DNA from: Octopus sinensis
Lineage: Eukaryota
Direction of reading: 5' to 3'
Assembly (NCBI RefSeq): GCF_006345805.1
Contig: NC_042998.1
Location: 183,768,001-183,832,000 of the forward strand
DNA length: 64,000 nt
The notes beneath the pieces were generated by a model, which was given only the letters and a program-made list of their open reading frames with translations, made no database searches and was not told the origin of the DNA. Both the position numbers and the translations under genes were made by a program. This document shows, in pieces, positions 23,509 to 35,400 of this stretch; the stretch's first letter is position 1; every line of letters starts with the position of its first letter.

Positions 23509-24798
23509 TAGTTTTAATTTTATAGCGTACTTTCACTTCACTACCGAGCGCAGCTCTGTGTACCTTAGGTATGTGCTGTGATTTGTTGTGATGCTCTGAT
23601 GGTTATTGTATTGAAAGTGTTTTGCGTAGGAAGTGTGCAGTGCCTAGTAGTGCAATTTTCTGTATGTTATATGTGTTTGTAAGTCCTGGTGTTTTGATTA
23701 TGTATTTGTCTGAATATTTTTTTATCATGCCTAATGCACCTACTATGATAGGAATTGTTTCTGTTTTTAGATTCCACATTCTAGTTACCTCTATTTCCAG
23801 GTCTTTGTATTTTGAAATTTTCTCCATTTCTTTTAGAGAAACGTTGTCATCTGCTGGTATTGATACATCAATTAGAAAGCATTTTTTTCTTCATGATCTC
23901 TGACAACTATATCTGGCCTTTTGGCCTTAATTTCTCTATCTGTGTGTATTGGAATATCCCAGAGTATGGTTGCTTTCTCATTTTCTGTGACCTTTTCTGG
24001 TGTGTGCCTATACCATCTTTTTTCTGTTGTTATTTCATAATGTTGGCATAGCTTCCAGTGTATGTAGGTCCCAACTCTGTCGTGTCGGTGAATATATTCC
24101 TTCTTAGCCAGAACTGGGCAGCCAGAGATAATATGATTTATTGTTTCTTGTCCATCTCCACATACTCTGCAGTTACTTGTTATATTTCTTTTCATTATAT
24201 GTTTTTGGTAATCTCTGGTGGGGAGGCTTTGGTCTTGTGCTGCAATTAAAAATCTCTCTGCCTCTGCTTTGAATCCTGAGCTTCTCAACCATTGCTGAGA
24301 TTTTTCTTTGTCTATTTCTTTTGCATTTAGTTTAGTCCAGTATTTGCCATGAAGGGGCTCTTCTTGCCATCGTTTTATCATGGTCCGTTGCCGTTCTAGT
24401 TTTAGTTTGGATTTCATTTGTTTTATAGCTTTTCTTCTTCTTCTTCTTCTTCTTCTTCTTCTTCTTCTTCTTCTTCTTCTTCTTCTTCTTCTTCTTCTTC
24501 TTCTTCTTCTTCTTCTTCTTCTTCTTCTTCTCTTCTTCTTCTTCTTCTTCTTCTTCATCATCATATTTGTTAGGTGGTATGATTTCTTGTTTGTATTTGT
24601 CAGCTTCCTTAAATACTGAGAACAGTTTTTTTAAAATTTTGCTCGTGTTTTGCCGCTATTTGTATCAGTTTTCCTTGCTTTTGAAGTAGGTATTTTTGCA
24701 GTCCTATGCTGGTTATTTTATAATAGTTTTCCTGTTGTATAAGGCCTCTACCACCTTCTATACGTTGTATATATAGCCTTTCTATGTCAGTTAGAAAG
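23506..24798 (-). mobile_element. 5'-truncated R4/Dong-type element flanked by (TAA)n on both sides
   Basis: CRVC...ETINHIISGC (CCHC), RHDRV, WD.PI.TDR....RPDI (RLE), EKISKYKDL; TAT repeats at 23160-23505 and 24800-24857. Confidence 0.9.
24432..24556. repeat. (TTC)n expansion inside the LINE ORF
   Basis: About 40 TTC units. Confidence 0.95.
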
Positions 24799-24804
24799 TT
24801 ATTA

Positions 24805-24899
<95 letters not shown>

Positions 24900-25310
24900 C
24901 AATGCATTTCGTAAACGGTAATAAAATTTAGGAGTTTAGATGGTTAGGTGGTTTTCCATCTAATGTGACTCCGCTCAGAAGTTTGTAATCTTGTTTGGTA
25001 GTAACCCGGTAAAGAAATACATGGAGCAAAAGTGATAACTTTAAATACGTTTATTGTTATCAAACGTATATATACATAAGCTGAATGGAAGTGGTTGATG
25101 TACATTTATTCATATATCTATATGCGTCTGCGTGTGTTGTATGTTAGCTGTTTAAGGAAAGCTTACGAACAGCGATATGTCAGAACCAGTGCAGTGCATT
25201 GGTGCTGTGTAAATGTTGTTGACGAGGTTGATGAGAGACATCAGTGGTGGCGACGAAGATGGAGGTCGCTGTAATGTGGTCAGTGGTTAGACCGTAGAAA
25301 GTCTGGAACC

Positions 25311-25451
25311 AACTGACGTTGAGACTAGTAGGAGGCGAGCTTTTATAGCTGGTGGTAGGCTCTCAAATGCTTGTTTGAAGGTTGCGATTGCTTGGGGGTG
25401 CATATTGGCGTGCGATAGAGTAAGAGACAAATTGCGCCAATACCAACCAAT
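25311..25451 (-). promoter_or_regulatory. Candidate Pol II core promoter (CCAAT x3, TATAAAAG, Inr TCAGTT)
   Basis: CCAAT motifs at 25404-25408, 25437-25441 and 25447-25451; TATAAAAG at 25347-25340; TCAGTT at 25316-25311. Motif presence only. Confidence 0.45.
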
Positions 25452-25531
25452 CAGAGTGGTAGACACAACGAGATCCAAAACAGCTCCGAAGGTTAACTGG
25501 TACCTGCTACGTTCGTAAGTATGTATTATGA

Positions 25532-25864
25532 GGTTTCGATTCCCAGACCGGGCGTTGTGAGTGTTTATTGAGCGAAAACACCTAAAGCTCCACGAGGCTC
25601 CGGCAGGGGATGGTGGTGACCCCTGCTGTACTCTTTCACCACAACTTTCTCTCTCTCTTACTTCCTGTTTCTGTTGTACCTGTATTTCAAAGGGTCGGCC
25701 TTGTCACTCTCTGTGTCACGCTGAATATCCCCGAGAACTACGTTAAGGGTACACGTGTCTGTGGAATGCTCAACCACTTACACGTTAATTTCACGAGCAG
25801 GCTGTTCCGTTGATCGGATCAACCGGGACCCTCGTCGTCGTAACCGACGGAGTGCTTCCATCCA
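25532..25864 (+). mobile_element. 5'-truncated family S2 SINE
   Basis: Starts at the B box ggtttcgattccc; short TSD ATTATGA. Confidence 0.9.
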
Positions 25865-26099
25865 TTATGATGGCGGAAGCTCACCAGAGTTCGCTACAGG
25901 AATATTAAGATACGGTTAAAACTAATTTAACCGCAAGATTATTTCAAGAGAGAGATTGATTCTCATTCATACAACTAGCACTATCAATCTCTGTTAAAAT
26001 ATACCACTCACCTACAATATCAACCCTTCTTTCCCTTTTCCACTGTAAATGGATACCAAAAAATATTCCATAGCTATTCTGTTAGGTAACATTGTCTCT

Positions 26100-26410
<311 letters not shown>

Positions 26411-26829
26411 CCGAAAAAGAAGTCGACGTATTTAAAGTTATCACTTTTGCTCCATGTATATTTTAACCGGGTTACTACCAAACAAGATTACAAACTTCTG
26501 AACGGAGTCACATTAGATGGAAAACCACCTAACCATCTAAGGTTTGAAAAAAGTATAAGTACTGAGGGTCATTCGTTCGACTAAAATTCCCGAAGGTCGG
26601 TGTCAAAAGGGTTTTGCGTGTGTCGTGTGCTATTTTGTTGCTTTCAAATATTCAAATACGACCTATGTAGATAAGATGAAACATGTTTGTCTGAACATTG
26701 TGACCTCTGATGAAAGTGTAATAACACGGAGAAGCAGTCTATCGGCTGTAAGGTTCAAATGTAAATAAATATATTATAGTACTTTAAAAATGTATAGATT
26801 CGTTTATTGATATTGATGGGCGGTTTCGT

Positions 26830-27018
26830 GAATTCGCCATGATAGATCGGTAGCCACTAAACACTTTTTTCTCTCCTTGTTTCTTTCTGTGTTCCTTTCT
26901 GTGGAAGAGTGTAGGCTCGAAACGTAAAAGACTTTTTCAATTCCCGAGCGTTATACTAATACATCTGTTTGTTTTGTACACCACCTGTCTTCGTCTTTTG
27001 TTTTTTTCGTAAATTCTT

Positions 27019-27066
<48 letters not shown>
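26830..27066 (+). mobile_element. Penelope-type pseudo-LTR remnant with degenerate hammerhead, ending in (TA)n
   Basis: tggaagag-tgtagg-ctc-gaaacgtaaaagac; homologous to the minus-strand copy at 44100-44310. Confidence 0.6.
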
Positions 27067-27070
<4 letters not shown>

Positions 27071-27169
27071 ATGAGAGGTGATAGTGTCAGTGAGACCCAA
27101 GGGAAATATGATATCCCTGCATATCTCACATCTATTTTCATTCCTCCACCCCACTCTCTACTTCGTATC

Positions 27170-27290
27170 TTATCTAAATTAACTATTGCTTAACCATCTT
27201 CTCACACCGTCTCCGATGAAGGGATATAATAGATGTCCTAGAAACAGCTGTAAGACCTTCTATTTATAAATGTTCTAATATCTGCAGTCT
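27170..27290 (+). mobile_element. Penelope-type remnant with a hammerhead-like motif
   Basis: gtct-ccgatgaa-gggat...gtcct-agaaa-cagctgta-agac at 27209-27256. Confidence 0.5.
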
Positions 27291-27325
27291 TGGGGTTTTT
27301 TTTTATCTCATTACGGAAAAAAATT

Positions 27326-27365
<40 letters not shown>

Positions 27366-28185
27366 TCATACATCTATACACATGCATGCATACATACATA
27401 CACACATACATACATACATACATGCACACACACATACATACATGAGAAAGGGAACAAGAACAGTTCATAATATTTATTATTTGTGTGTTTGAAGCTATGC
27501 AGTTACACACACACACACACACGCACGCACGCACACACACACACACACACACACCACACACACACGCTCATACATGGGCACATATACATACATGCACACT
27601 CTTAGTCACACCCAATACAATGTATATATAAATATAACTCAGTACGTGACTTGGCAGGAAGTGTAACAAAGAAATATTAATTTACTTGAAGTCATAGCCT
27701 AGTTTAGACAAGGTCTGTATACATGCGTGTGTTTATATATATATTTAGAGAGAGAGAGAGAGGCAGACAGACAGACAGATAGATAGACACGCAGACAGAC
27801 AGACAGATGTATGTATGTACGTATCCGCTACATAGAGGCAAGACTGAGTGAAGATGACACGGTTAAATGCATTAAACACGTCTGTTCTATTGTAGTTATA
27901 CATGTATGAGTTGAAAGGAAGTTAGAGAATGCTACAGGGAACAATTTTAGAGGAACAACTGAGTGTAACGGATTCTCTAAGATCTGCAGATTTGACATTC
28001 CTAAGGAACAAAGACATATGATAAGTATTAATGTGTGTCTCCCGCATGGCTAGAACTATTTGGTTACTAACAGCAAGAATTTAAATAAAGTGTAAATTAA
28101 TGACTAAGGAAGATAAAATGTCCAAGTGGAAACTGTTGTAGCAACTATTCGAGCAAATGGAGAGGGACAATTCGATGGAGAACGT

Positions 28186-28459
28186 GGATCTTTTCGGTTT
28201 GAACGGCAGTTTTTTTAAAATAATTTCCACGTAACTAAACACTTTTAAACTTCGTATACTGGTAGAATATGTTCATAAAACATCTTTTTCTCTTGGCTTT
28301 ATTGAGAAAATTCTTGGAAATTATTTTAAAAAACTGCCGGTCAAACCGAAAGGATCCGGTGTTGCACATGCATATAGTGCCAATATGCTGAATTTCTGAT
28401 TCGATTTCATTCCTACATGATAGGCTTTCAGAAGGACGCCGTTCAAACCGAAAAGATCC
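28186..28459. mobile_element. Rearranged M1 MITE derivative (two copies of the same end plus an extra TIR)
   Basis: TIR at 28186, inverted same-end TIR ending 28357, third TIR ending 28459. Confidence 0.75.
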
Positions 28460-29093
28460 CAATGCGTAAATATGAAGTGACACAAAACTAGATTATTCAA
28501 GTCTTTCTCAGCTATCTTTCATTGCATGTTGAATAAGTCGACACGATTGCAATACGTTTCAGAAGATTTCTAACGTCGATCGTTTAATAAACTTGTTAAT
28601 CGTTTATTTTCTTTCTTGTTATTAGTAACACTAGAATGAGATTACAGGAGATACATAAAAAAAAGAAAGAAAGAAAAAAAGGAAGAAAGAAAGAAAAAAG
28701 AAGAAAGAAAAGGAAAGAAAGAAAGATAGCTTCAAAAGGATTTATTCAACCGGAAGGAATGCTCTAAGATAATTTTTGCTGTGGAAAATATAGTTTTCGG
28801 CCATCATAAAAATAACTCCAATTTCAGCTTCAATGTGGCTTGCTATATTATGCTGGAAGAGATAAACTGCATCTGCTGCACTGATGTTGGTGTGTGTGTG
28901 TGTGCGTGTGTGTGCGCGCGCGCGTGTGTGTGTGTGTGTGTGCACGTGTATCTGCGCGCGCGTGCGTGTGTGCAAAAAAAAAACATGTCGCAGTTAACTT
29001 GAAATGAGAGTCAGTTTGCTATCAAAAGATACTTTTTCACAGCAAAAATTATTGCGAGAACTCTGGTTGGGTTACAAATTTTGAAAGGTATTG

Positions 29094-29507
29094 GGATCTT
29101 TTCGGTTTGAACGGCAGTTTTTTCTTGCGGTGTCATATGAAATTGTCACCCATAATTATGACCCGAGTATCGATCTATTGCATTTCAATCTGTTTTAGGT
29201 TTAAGGTTAGGGTTAGGGGTGAGGGAAGGGTATCTTTTTTTTCTTCAGAAATGTAAATATACCCAATCTGTTTCTTAAACGAGGGACATATTCATACGGC
29301 ACAGAATATTTTCACCTCAATAGACGTCATTGATTGGTTGAAATTGAAGAAAAATAACAACAAATATCTTACAAACTATAGAATTTTCTCAATAAAGCCA
29401 AGAGAAAAAGATGTTTTATAAACACATTCTACCAGTATACGAAGTTTAAAAGTGTTTAGTTACGTGGAAATTATTTTAAAAAACTGCCGTTCAAACCGAA
29501 AAGATTC
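29094..29507. mobile_element. M1 MITE (opposite orientation)
   Basis: TSD AGGTA(T/A)TG at 29086-29093 and 29508-29515; internal ggttagggttagggg. Confidence 0.92.
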
Positions 29508-30159
29508 AGGTAATGTCTATTTGTGTCAAAAAGAGAAGGCGAAAATAAACGGTAAACTTAAACTTTATAGCATTTGTCGTATTTCCGGCCCCATTTTCTA
29601 CCCGAATCTTACTGTGATCAATCGTCGAAGGAATAGTACACTTTCACCCCTATTAAACAGTTGTTCTCTTAAGTACAGAGAAGCAGCATGATAAATAATA
29701 CAGCGGAAACTCTGCTAATTTCGTTTGTGACACCTTTCTCTTTCCGTATCATTTATAACTGCCTAGCAACATTAATAATGATACTTCTGTCCCGGCCCTC
29801 ATGGCATTCAGTTTCGCTGCCGCCGCCGCCGCCGCCGCCGCCTCACAGCAGCAGCAGCAACAACAACAATTTTTTTTTCCAGTTCTTAAGATTCATGACT
29901 TATAGGTTCCAGATTTGAAGTAGCATTGTTAAGATATGGAGAAGAAAAGAGCTGAGGACTGAAACTGACTGCAGGATGAAATACATAATACGAAAGAGTG
30001 ACAAAAAAAAAAGGGGGGAATGAAAGACGGAGAGAGGAAGGAACGGAGGGAGAGCGAGAGGAGAGAGAGAGAGTGAGTGAGAGAGAGAGAGAGAGAGAGA
30101 GAAAGTGTGTGTGTATGTGTGTGTGTATGTGTGCGTGTGTGAGAGCGTGCGTGAGATAT

Positions 30160-30352
30160 TTATTTCTTTATTGCCCACAGGGGGCTAAACATAGAGGGGA
30201 CAAACAAGGACAGACAAACGGATTAAGTCGATTACATCACCCCAGTGCGTAACTGGTACTTAATTTATCGACCCCGAAAGGATGAAAGGCAAAGTCGACC
30301 GGCGGAATTTGAACTTCCGAGGTCGACTTTGCCTTTCATCCTTTCGGGGTCG
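30160..30352 (-). mobile_element. 5'-truncated S1 SINE with a fold-back inverted duplication
   Basis: Tail at about 30160; about 30268-30300 is mirrored at about 30318-30352. Confidence 0.8.
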
Positions 30353-30758
30353 TGAGATATTGTGTTCGTATAGCCCCAAGTCAGGTCTGATTGAGCAGAC
30401 AATGTACGCAGAGATGGGCGTATAAGACTTGGTCAGAGCGGGACAGTTACTGTCTCCTGTGTTACCCATCACAGTGCTTAAGGTTAATAATGAGACTCTT
30501 GAGGTTTCAGCTATTTGTGAGTGTATGTGTGTGTTTTTTTTTTTAAATATATTTGTCTATACTGAGTAAGAGAAAGAGATAGGTGTTTTAGTAATTTCAT
30601 TATAATAGTGTTCGTGGTGTTACATATACATAACAGAAAGTTTTCAGGTTAACCTGAATGGCACGTAGGAGGTAATCAATAGTTGCATGTATTATAACAT
30701 GATGTTGTAAGATTGATTATATTGAACTAAGACGAAACAGTTGAACTTGTAACAGATA

Positions 30759-30932
30759 ATACAGTTATATATTTAAGAGATGAAGAATTATGTACATTAT
30801 TTACATTATTTACATTTGACGGATATTTGCCCTCATCTTGTTTGTTGTTAACACAACGTTTCGGCATATGGCGTAGTGATTAAGAGCGCGGGCTACTAAC
30901 CCCAAGATTCCGAGTTCGATTCCAAGCAGTGA

Positions 30933-31001
<69 letters not shown>

Positions 31002-31154
31002 CAACAACATCGAAAAATACCTTTGAAATGAGAACCCAGGTTCGGAAAATTCCCCAAGATACCTGATGAAGGTTGGAGGGTATATCAGCCGAAACGTTGT
31101 GTTAACAACAAACAAGATGAGGACAAATATCCGTTAAATGTAAATAATGTAAAT
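30759..31154 (+). mobile_element. tRNA-headed, hammerhead-carrying Penelope-type non-autonomous element with inverted 5' tail
   Basis: tRNA head about 30863-30935 (A box TGGCGTAGTGA, B box GAGTTCGATTCC), (AAT)n, hammerhead 31058-31103, 67-bp inverted repeat 30799-30865 / 31088-31154. Confidence 0.8.
31058..31103 (+). ncRNA. Predicted minimal type I hammerhead ribozyme
   Basis: Stem I GATAC/GTGTT, core CTGATGA (31063-31069), stem II GGTTG/CAGCC, GAAA (31091-31094), palindromic AACGTT stem III, predicted GUU cleavage. Folded by eye. Confidence 0.7.
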
Positions 31155-31197
31155 ATTGTAACACATAACTTGCTCAGTCCATTCTTTTTATATGTAA

Positions 31198-32005
31198 CTA
31201 GTAGAGATACCCGGCGTTGCTCGGGATTAAAATAGTATAGTTTGTGAGTGGGAGTATGTAACTTGTGAACCCATCGAAAAGCTATCAGTGGATATACTCG
31301 CCTTTGAGCCGGTCAGTGCTGCGTCTAACACGACCCATCGTATGGTTGACAATCAAATGAATAGAGGTGGAATGGAGATATTGTATGTAAATGGGTACAT
31401 TCTGGAATGAGTACATTCGGGGAAGTGAACTATTGAAAGACGTTGAGGGGGAGCTGGTGGTGCTGGCAATCTTACCTTACCGCCTGAGTAGCACATGCCG
31501 CTAGTTTCATTTGGAAATTTGAAAGCTTTGCAGAAACAACAATTTGAGTGTAGCATACCAATTTGTACATGATTATCATTTTTATAAGGATAGGATGGAT
31601 CATATCTGAAAGCAACTCCTGGTGTTGTGAAGAACGAATTTGCATGTGATCTATTTCTGAGAGCTTATTATATTGGACCTATGTCTAATCTGGCGTGCTA
31701 AACGTTGTTCTAATGACTCAGCATTAAGTATTGAAGTATGCCTTAGCTGATCTTGGGAAAGTCTCATCTCCTTTCTTTCTTGAGACTCCATTTGACGTGC
31801 TGCAGCATGCCTCTGCTGATCTTGAGAAAGTCTCATCTCCTTTCTCTGTTGAGACACTCGCCTTCAGTTTTCTGCAATCGTCCTCGCTTTATACATGTTT
31901 CTGCAGAGATTACATCTTTTCTTTGGTGGCATATTTTTTCAACATCGTAAAAAAAAATTATGATCATAGAAAAAATATACATAAATCTATATTTTTGTAA
32001 GATTT
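31198..32005 (-). mobile_element. Internally deleted Helitron retaining Rep/Hel N-terminal fragments
   Basis: 3' CCCGAGCAACGCCGGG hairpin + CTAG|T; ORF pieces MSQQRKEMRLSQDQ repeats and C.FCKAFKFPNETSGMC.SGGKVRLP (Helitron Zn-finger-like). 5' end approximate. Confidence 0.8.
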
Positions 32006-32187
32006 GTATGTATATAGTATGTTCGTATTTTTGTATGCAGTGTAAATTAACGAAATATAAACAAATGAACGAAATAGCACATGTATGGAACTGCTAATTT
32101 AACGGTAAATTATTACTGAGAGACAAAAAAATTTTATATTTTACCTTGCAACTGCTGCGATAATTATTTATTTCTTTACTAAATACC

Positions 32188-32418
32188 TATTTCTTTATTA
32201 CCCACAAGGGGCTATACCGAGAGGGGACAAAGAAGGACAGACAAACGGATTAAGTCGATTACATCGACCCCCAGTGCGTAACTGGTACTTAATTTATCGA
32301 CCCCAAAAGGATGAAAGGCAAAGTCGACCTCGGCGGAATTTGAACTCAAAACGCAAAGACAGACGAAATACCGCTAGGCATTTCGCCCGGCGTGCTAACG
32401 TTTCTGCCAGCTCGCCGC
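32188..32418 (-). mobile_element. Full-length Tx1-tailed SINE (S1)
   Basis: Complete head to tail; the tail is followed by GGTATTT on the minus strand. Confidence 0.92.
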
Positions 32419-32489
32419 TCTATTCATGTATATTTGTATGTATAGACGTATGTATGTATGCATGAATGTATGTTTGTGTATAATTCAAA

Positions 32490-33500
32490 TAAGCAAAAAC
32501 ACCTTAGAACTGGACCTGGAGGATTTTAAATCGCGAAACCTTCAAGGAAGTAGAACACATTATAATAAACGAAATAAGTCATTGTTCGGAATATTGAAAC
32601 AATTAACAAGATCAAAGGCAGCGATTATAGAATGCTGAGAAACAAACTCCAAATAGATAGAAAGAAACTATTCCATTTGAAGAACAAACCAATCAGAAAC
32701 ATCAAAAGCCAAATCGATCTTCTCCCAGCTGACTTAACAACACAATAACTAAGCAAACAAAAAGGCTATGACATTGAAATTTTAAATCACAATCTTGCCA
32801 AATGTCTTAACGAAACAGCTGAATACTACAGGAAAACAAAGAAATATTGGATATGATGAAGAAACAAAATATTTTTAAAACACCCTTTAAACTCAGCTAG
32901 AGACAAGAGAGAAACAGTGTTACTGAATGATCAAGTAGAAAACATGAAAAAACAATAGATACCTCATAGAAACAACAATGCTGAGGAGATTTCACAAGAT
33001 CAAAAACCTAAACTGTTCATAGCTTATTTAAATTCTTTTACAAGCTACACTGGAAGGAAACGAACTGGCAATTAAAATCATTGGCAAGTTCTTACATACT
33101 TTCGATTCGCAGATGTGATAGTTCTTGTTTCTGGAGATCCAGCTGAATTTCAAACAATATTACAACTGAAAATAGAATCAAAATAAATAAATAAATAAAT
33201 AAAACACAAAATAAGGGTCTGTATGTTGATAGATAAATTTCCTGGTATCAAATTTGGAACATGTCTTCAAATAGTAAAGAGTTTCACCTACAGTAGCCAA
33301 CTTATAGCAGGACAACCAAGTCTTCAGGAGAGCAAGCTACATTTTTTAAAAACGAAAGGCCCCTAAACTTTAAAATGAAGGGTTTCGAACGAATACATCA
33401 CGATAATAATTTCTTAAGTTTTGAACATGGGACTTGACAAAATATCTAAGAATCAAACTAAGAACAGCTCAGCAAGTCATTCTCACGAACGCATTGTGTT
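32490..33500 (+). mobile_element. Highly decayed RTE-like LINE fragment
   Basis: Residual RT-like RFAD.IVL and TGLDK...K.RT.Q.....R.VF motifs with many stops. Confidence 0.4.
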
Positions 33501-33730
33501 CGAAATGACATTGAAAGGCCTTTAAAACCCCCAAATAAATTAGGAAACCAACGAAATTAAATATTATTGTCAAATTAAAAGAATTGTTGAAATGGTGATA
33601 GTGGGTGGACAAAAAGAGGTAAGAGACTGGATTCTTGGAGATCCGATCCCGAAAACTGTAAAACAAACAAACACACACACACACACCACACACACACACA
33701 CACACAACACACACACACAACACACACACA

Positions 33731-33761
<31 letters not shown>

Positions 33762-33766
33762 GCGCG

Positions 33767-33806
<40 letters not shown>

Positions 33807-34379
33807 GAAAGTAGTACAAAGATGGACCTAGTAACCATTACTCCTTGTTATGTGTAGTTTGGGTTCTAATGGGATAGACAACCAAATGAAAGCCATTGTT
33901 ATTGTTAACGTGTTTATTTACAATTCATGTTACACGGACTCGACATTCGGCGTAGTAATACATTATATACTTTACACACAGTTTGTACTATTCACTAACA
34001 AAATAGTGCCAAGAGTGGGGATGCACGTATACACATAGATATATGAATGTGTAACACTCCTATTCTTCATTGCAGGCTAATAAGGGCTTCCAAGTAGAAG
34101 CCTCGTGCCGTCATTGTTACCCACAAGCTGTCCGTTACCCACAGAAGGCTATAGGTTATTTACAGAGACCACACTGCTGACGAGAGCAATCTTTTATCTT
34201 TCACTTGCTTCAGTCATTAGATTACGGACATGCTGAGGCACCGCCTTGAAGAATTTTATTCGAGCAAGTCAACCTTAGTACATATTTCTTTTAAGCCTAT
34301 TACTTATTCTGTCGGTATCTTTTGCCGAACTTCCATGTTACAGGGGTCAGAAATTTTAAAAGAAAGAGGAAACCAGTAT

Positions 34380-35400
34380 TGAAACTAGCATTAAAGGACC
34401 ACCAACTGCGACCACTGACAAGAATCGCCAGCGAATGGACGAATTGATTCACGTGGACAGACGAGTAACAATCCGTAAGCTGGCTGCATAACTGGATTGG
34501 GGTCACAATCCATCACAGAAGAAGGTGAGACTTTGAGCGTCGAAAAGTGTGTGTAAAGTGTCTACCGCGGCAGTTGACACACGATTTCACCGTCCAAGAA
34601 TTTGGACCTGGAGATCTCTATTTCCAGCGACTTCGAGGGCCACCTCCCAGTGGTGACGGGCGTCAACGAAGAGCCCTCGACTACAAGACGACCAAAGTTT
34701 TTTTCACCAAGGTCTGGGGTCTCCCGCCCCTAAGCCCTAGACCATCACCTAAACACCCTTACCCGTCTTGTTGCTTAACAACAACAACACCCGATTTCAA
34801 GGAGAATAAGGTGGAAATCTGCTTTGATTTGCTGGAAGCGTCTGAAGCCAATAAGGACATGTTTTTTCCAGTCTGGTAACAAGGGATAAAATGTGAGTGT
34901 ATCTTTATGATATGGAAACGATGGCTCAGTTCATGCAACGGTGTCACATCTTTTCTCCAAAATCTAAGGAGTTCAAAAGTCAGTGATCGGCACAGAAATT
35001 GATGACTGCTTTTTTGAATGACAAAAGTGCCGTTTACTTTAATTTTCCGGAACGTGGCTATACTGTGAGCAGCGGGTGATATTGAGATAGTCAAAAAGCT
35101 TTAAGAGGAGCCTTTAGGAAGAAGTGACCGAACGAGAATATGAAAACGATCAACATTCACCATGACATACGACCACGCATATCATTAGCAACATATCAGG
35201 CAATCGGCAAATTGGACTAGTCTTTGGTTTCATATCCACTGTACAATCTGTATCCAGCCCGTTCGGTCTAATGAAGGAAAGTCTTCTGGACAACGAGTTG
35301 ATATATCATACGAGGTGAAGAAGTGGGTACAATGGCGAACATCTGAATTTTTACAAAGAATATTTGAGATTTGGGTTTAACGATGTGCAAATACATCATT
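34380..35400 (+). mobile_element. Decayed mariner (DD34D-type) transposase, interrupted at 34590-34786
   Basis: DELIHVDRRVTIRKLA, K(V)C.K.(V)PRQLT, YD.ETMAQ, SAQKLMT; many frameshifts. Confidence 0.6.
34590..34786 (+). mobile_element. About 197-bp GC-rich retroposed insert with (CAA)n tail
   Basis: TSD ACAC(A/C)CGATTTCA at 34577-34589 and 34787-34799. Confidence 0.7.

Noticed and set aside
23872-24564. Poly-Lys/Arg host protein
   Set aside because: It is a (GAA)n expansion read in frame with a decayed LINE ORF.
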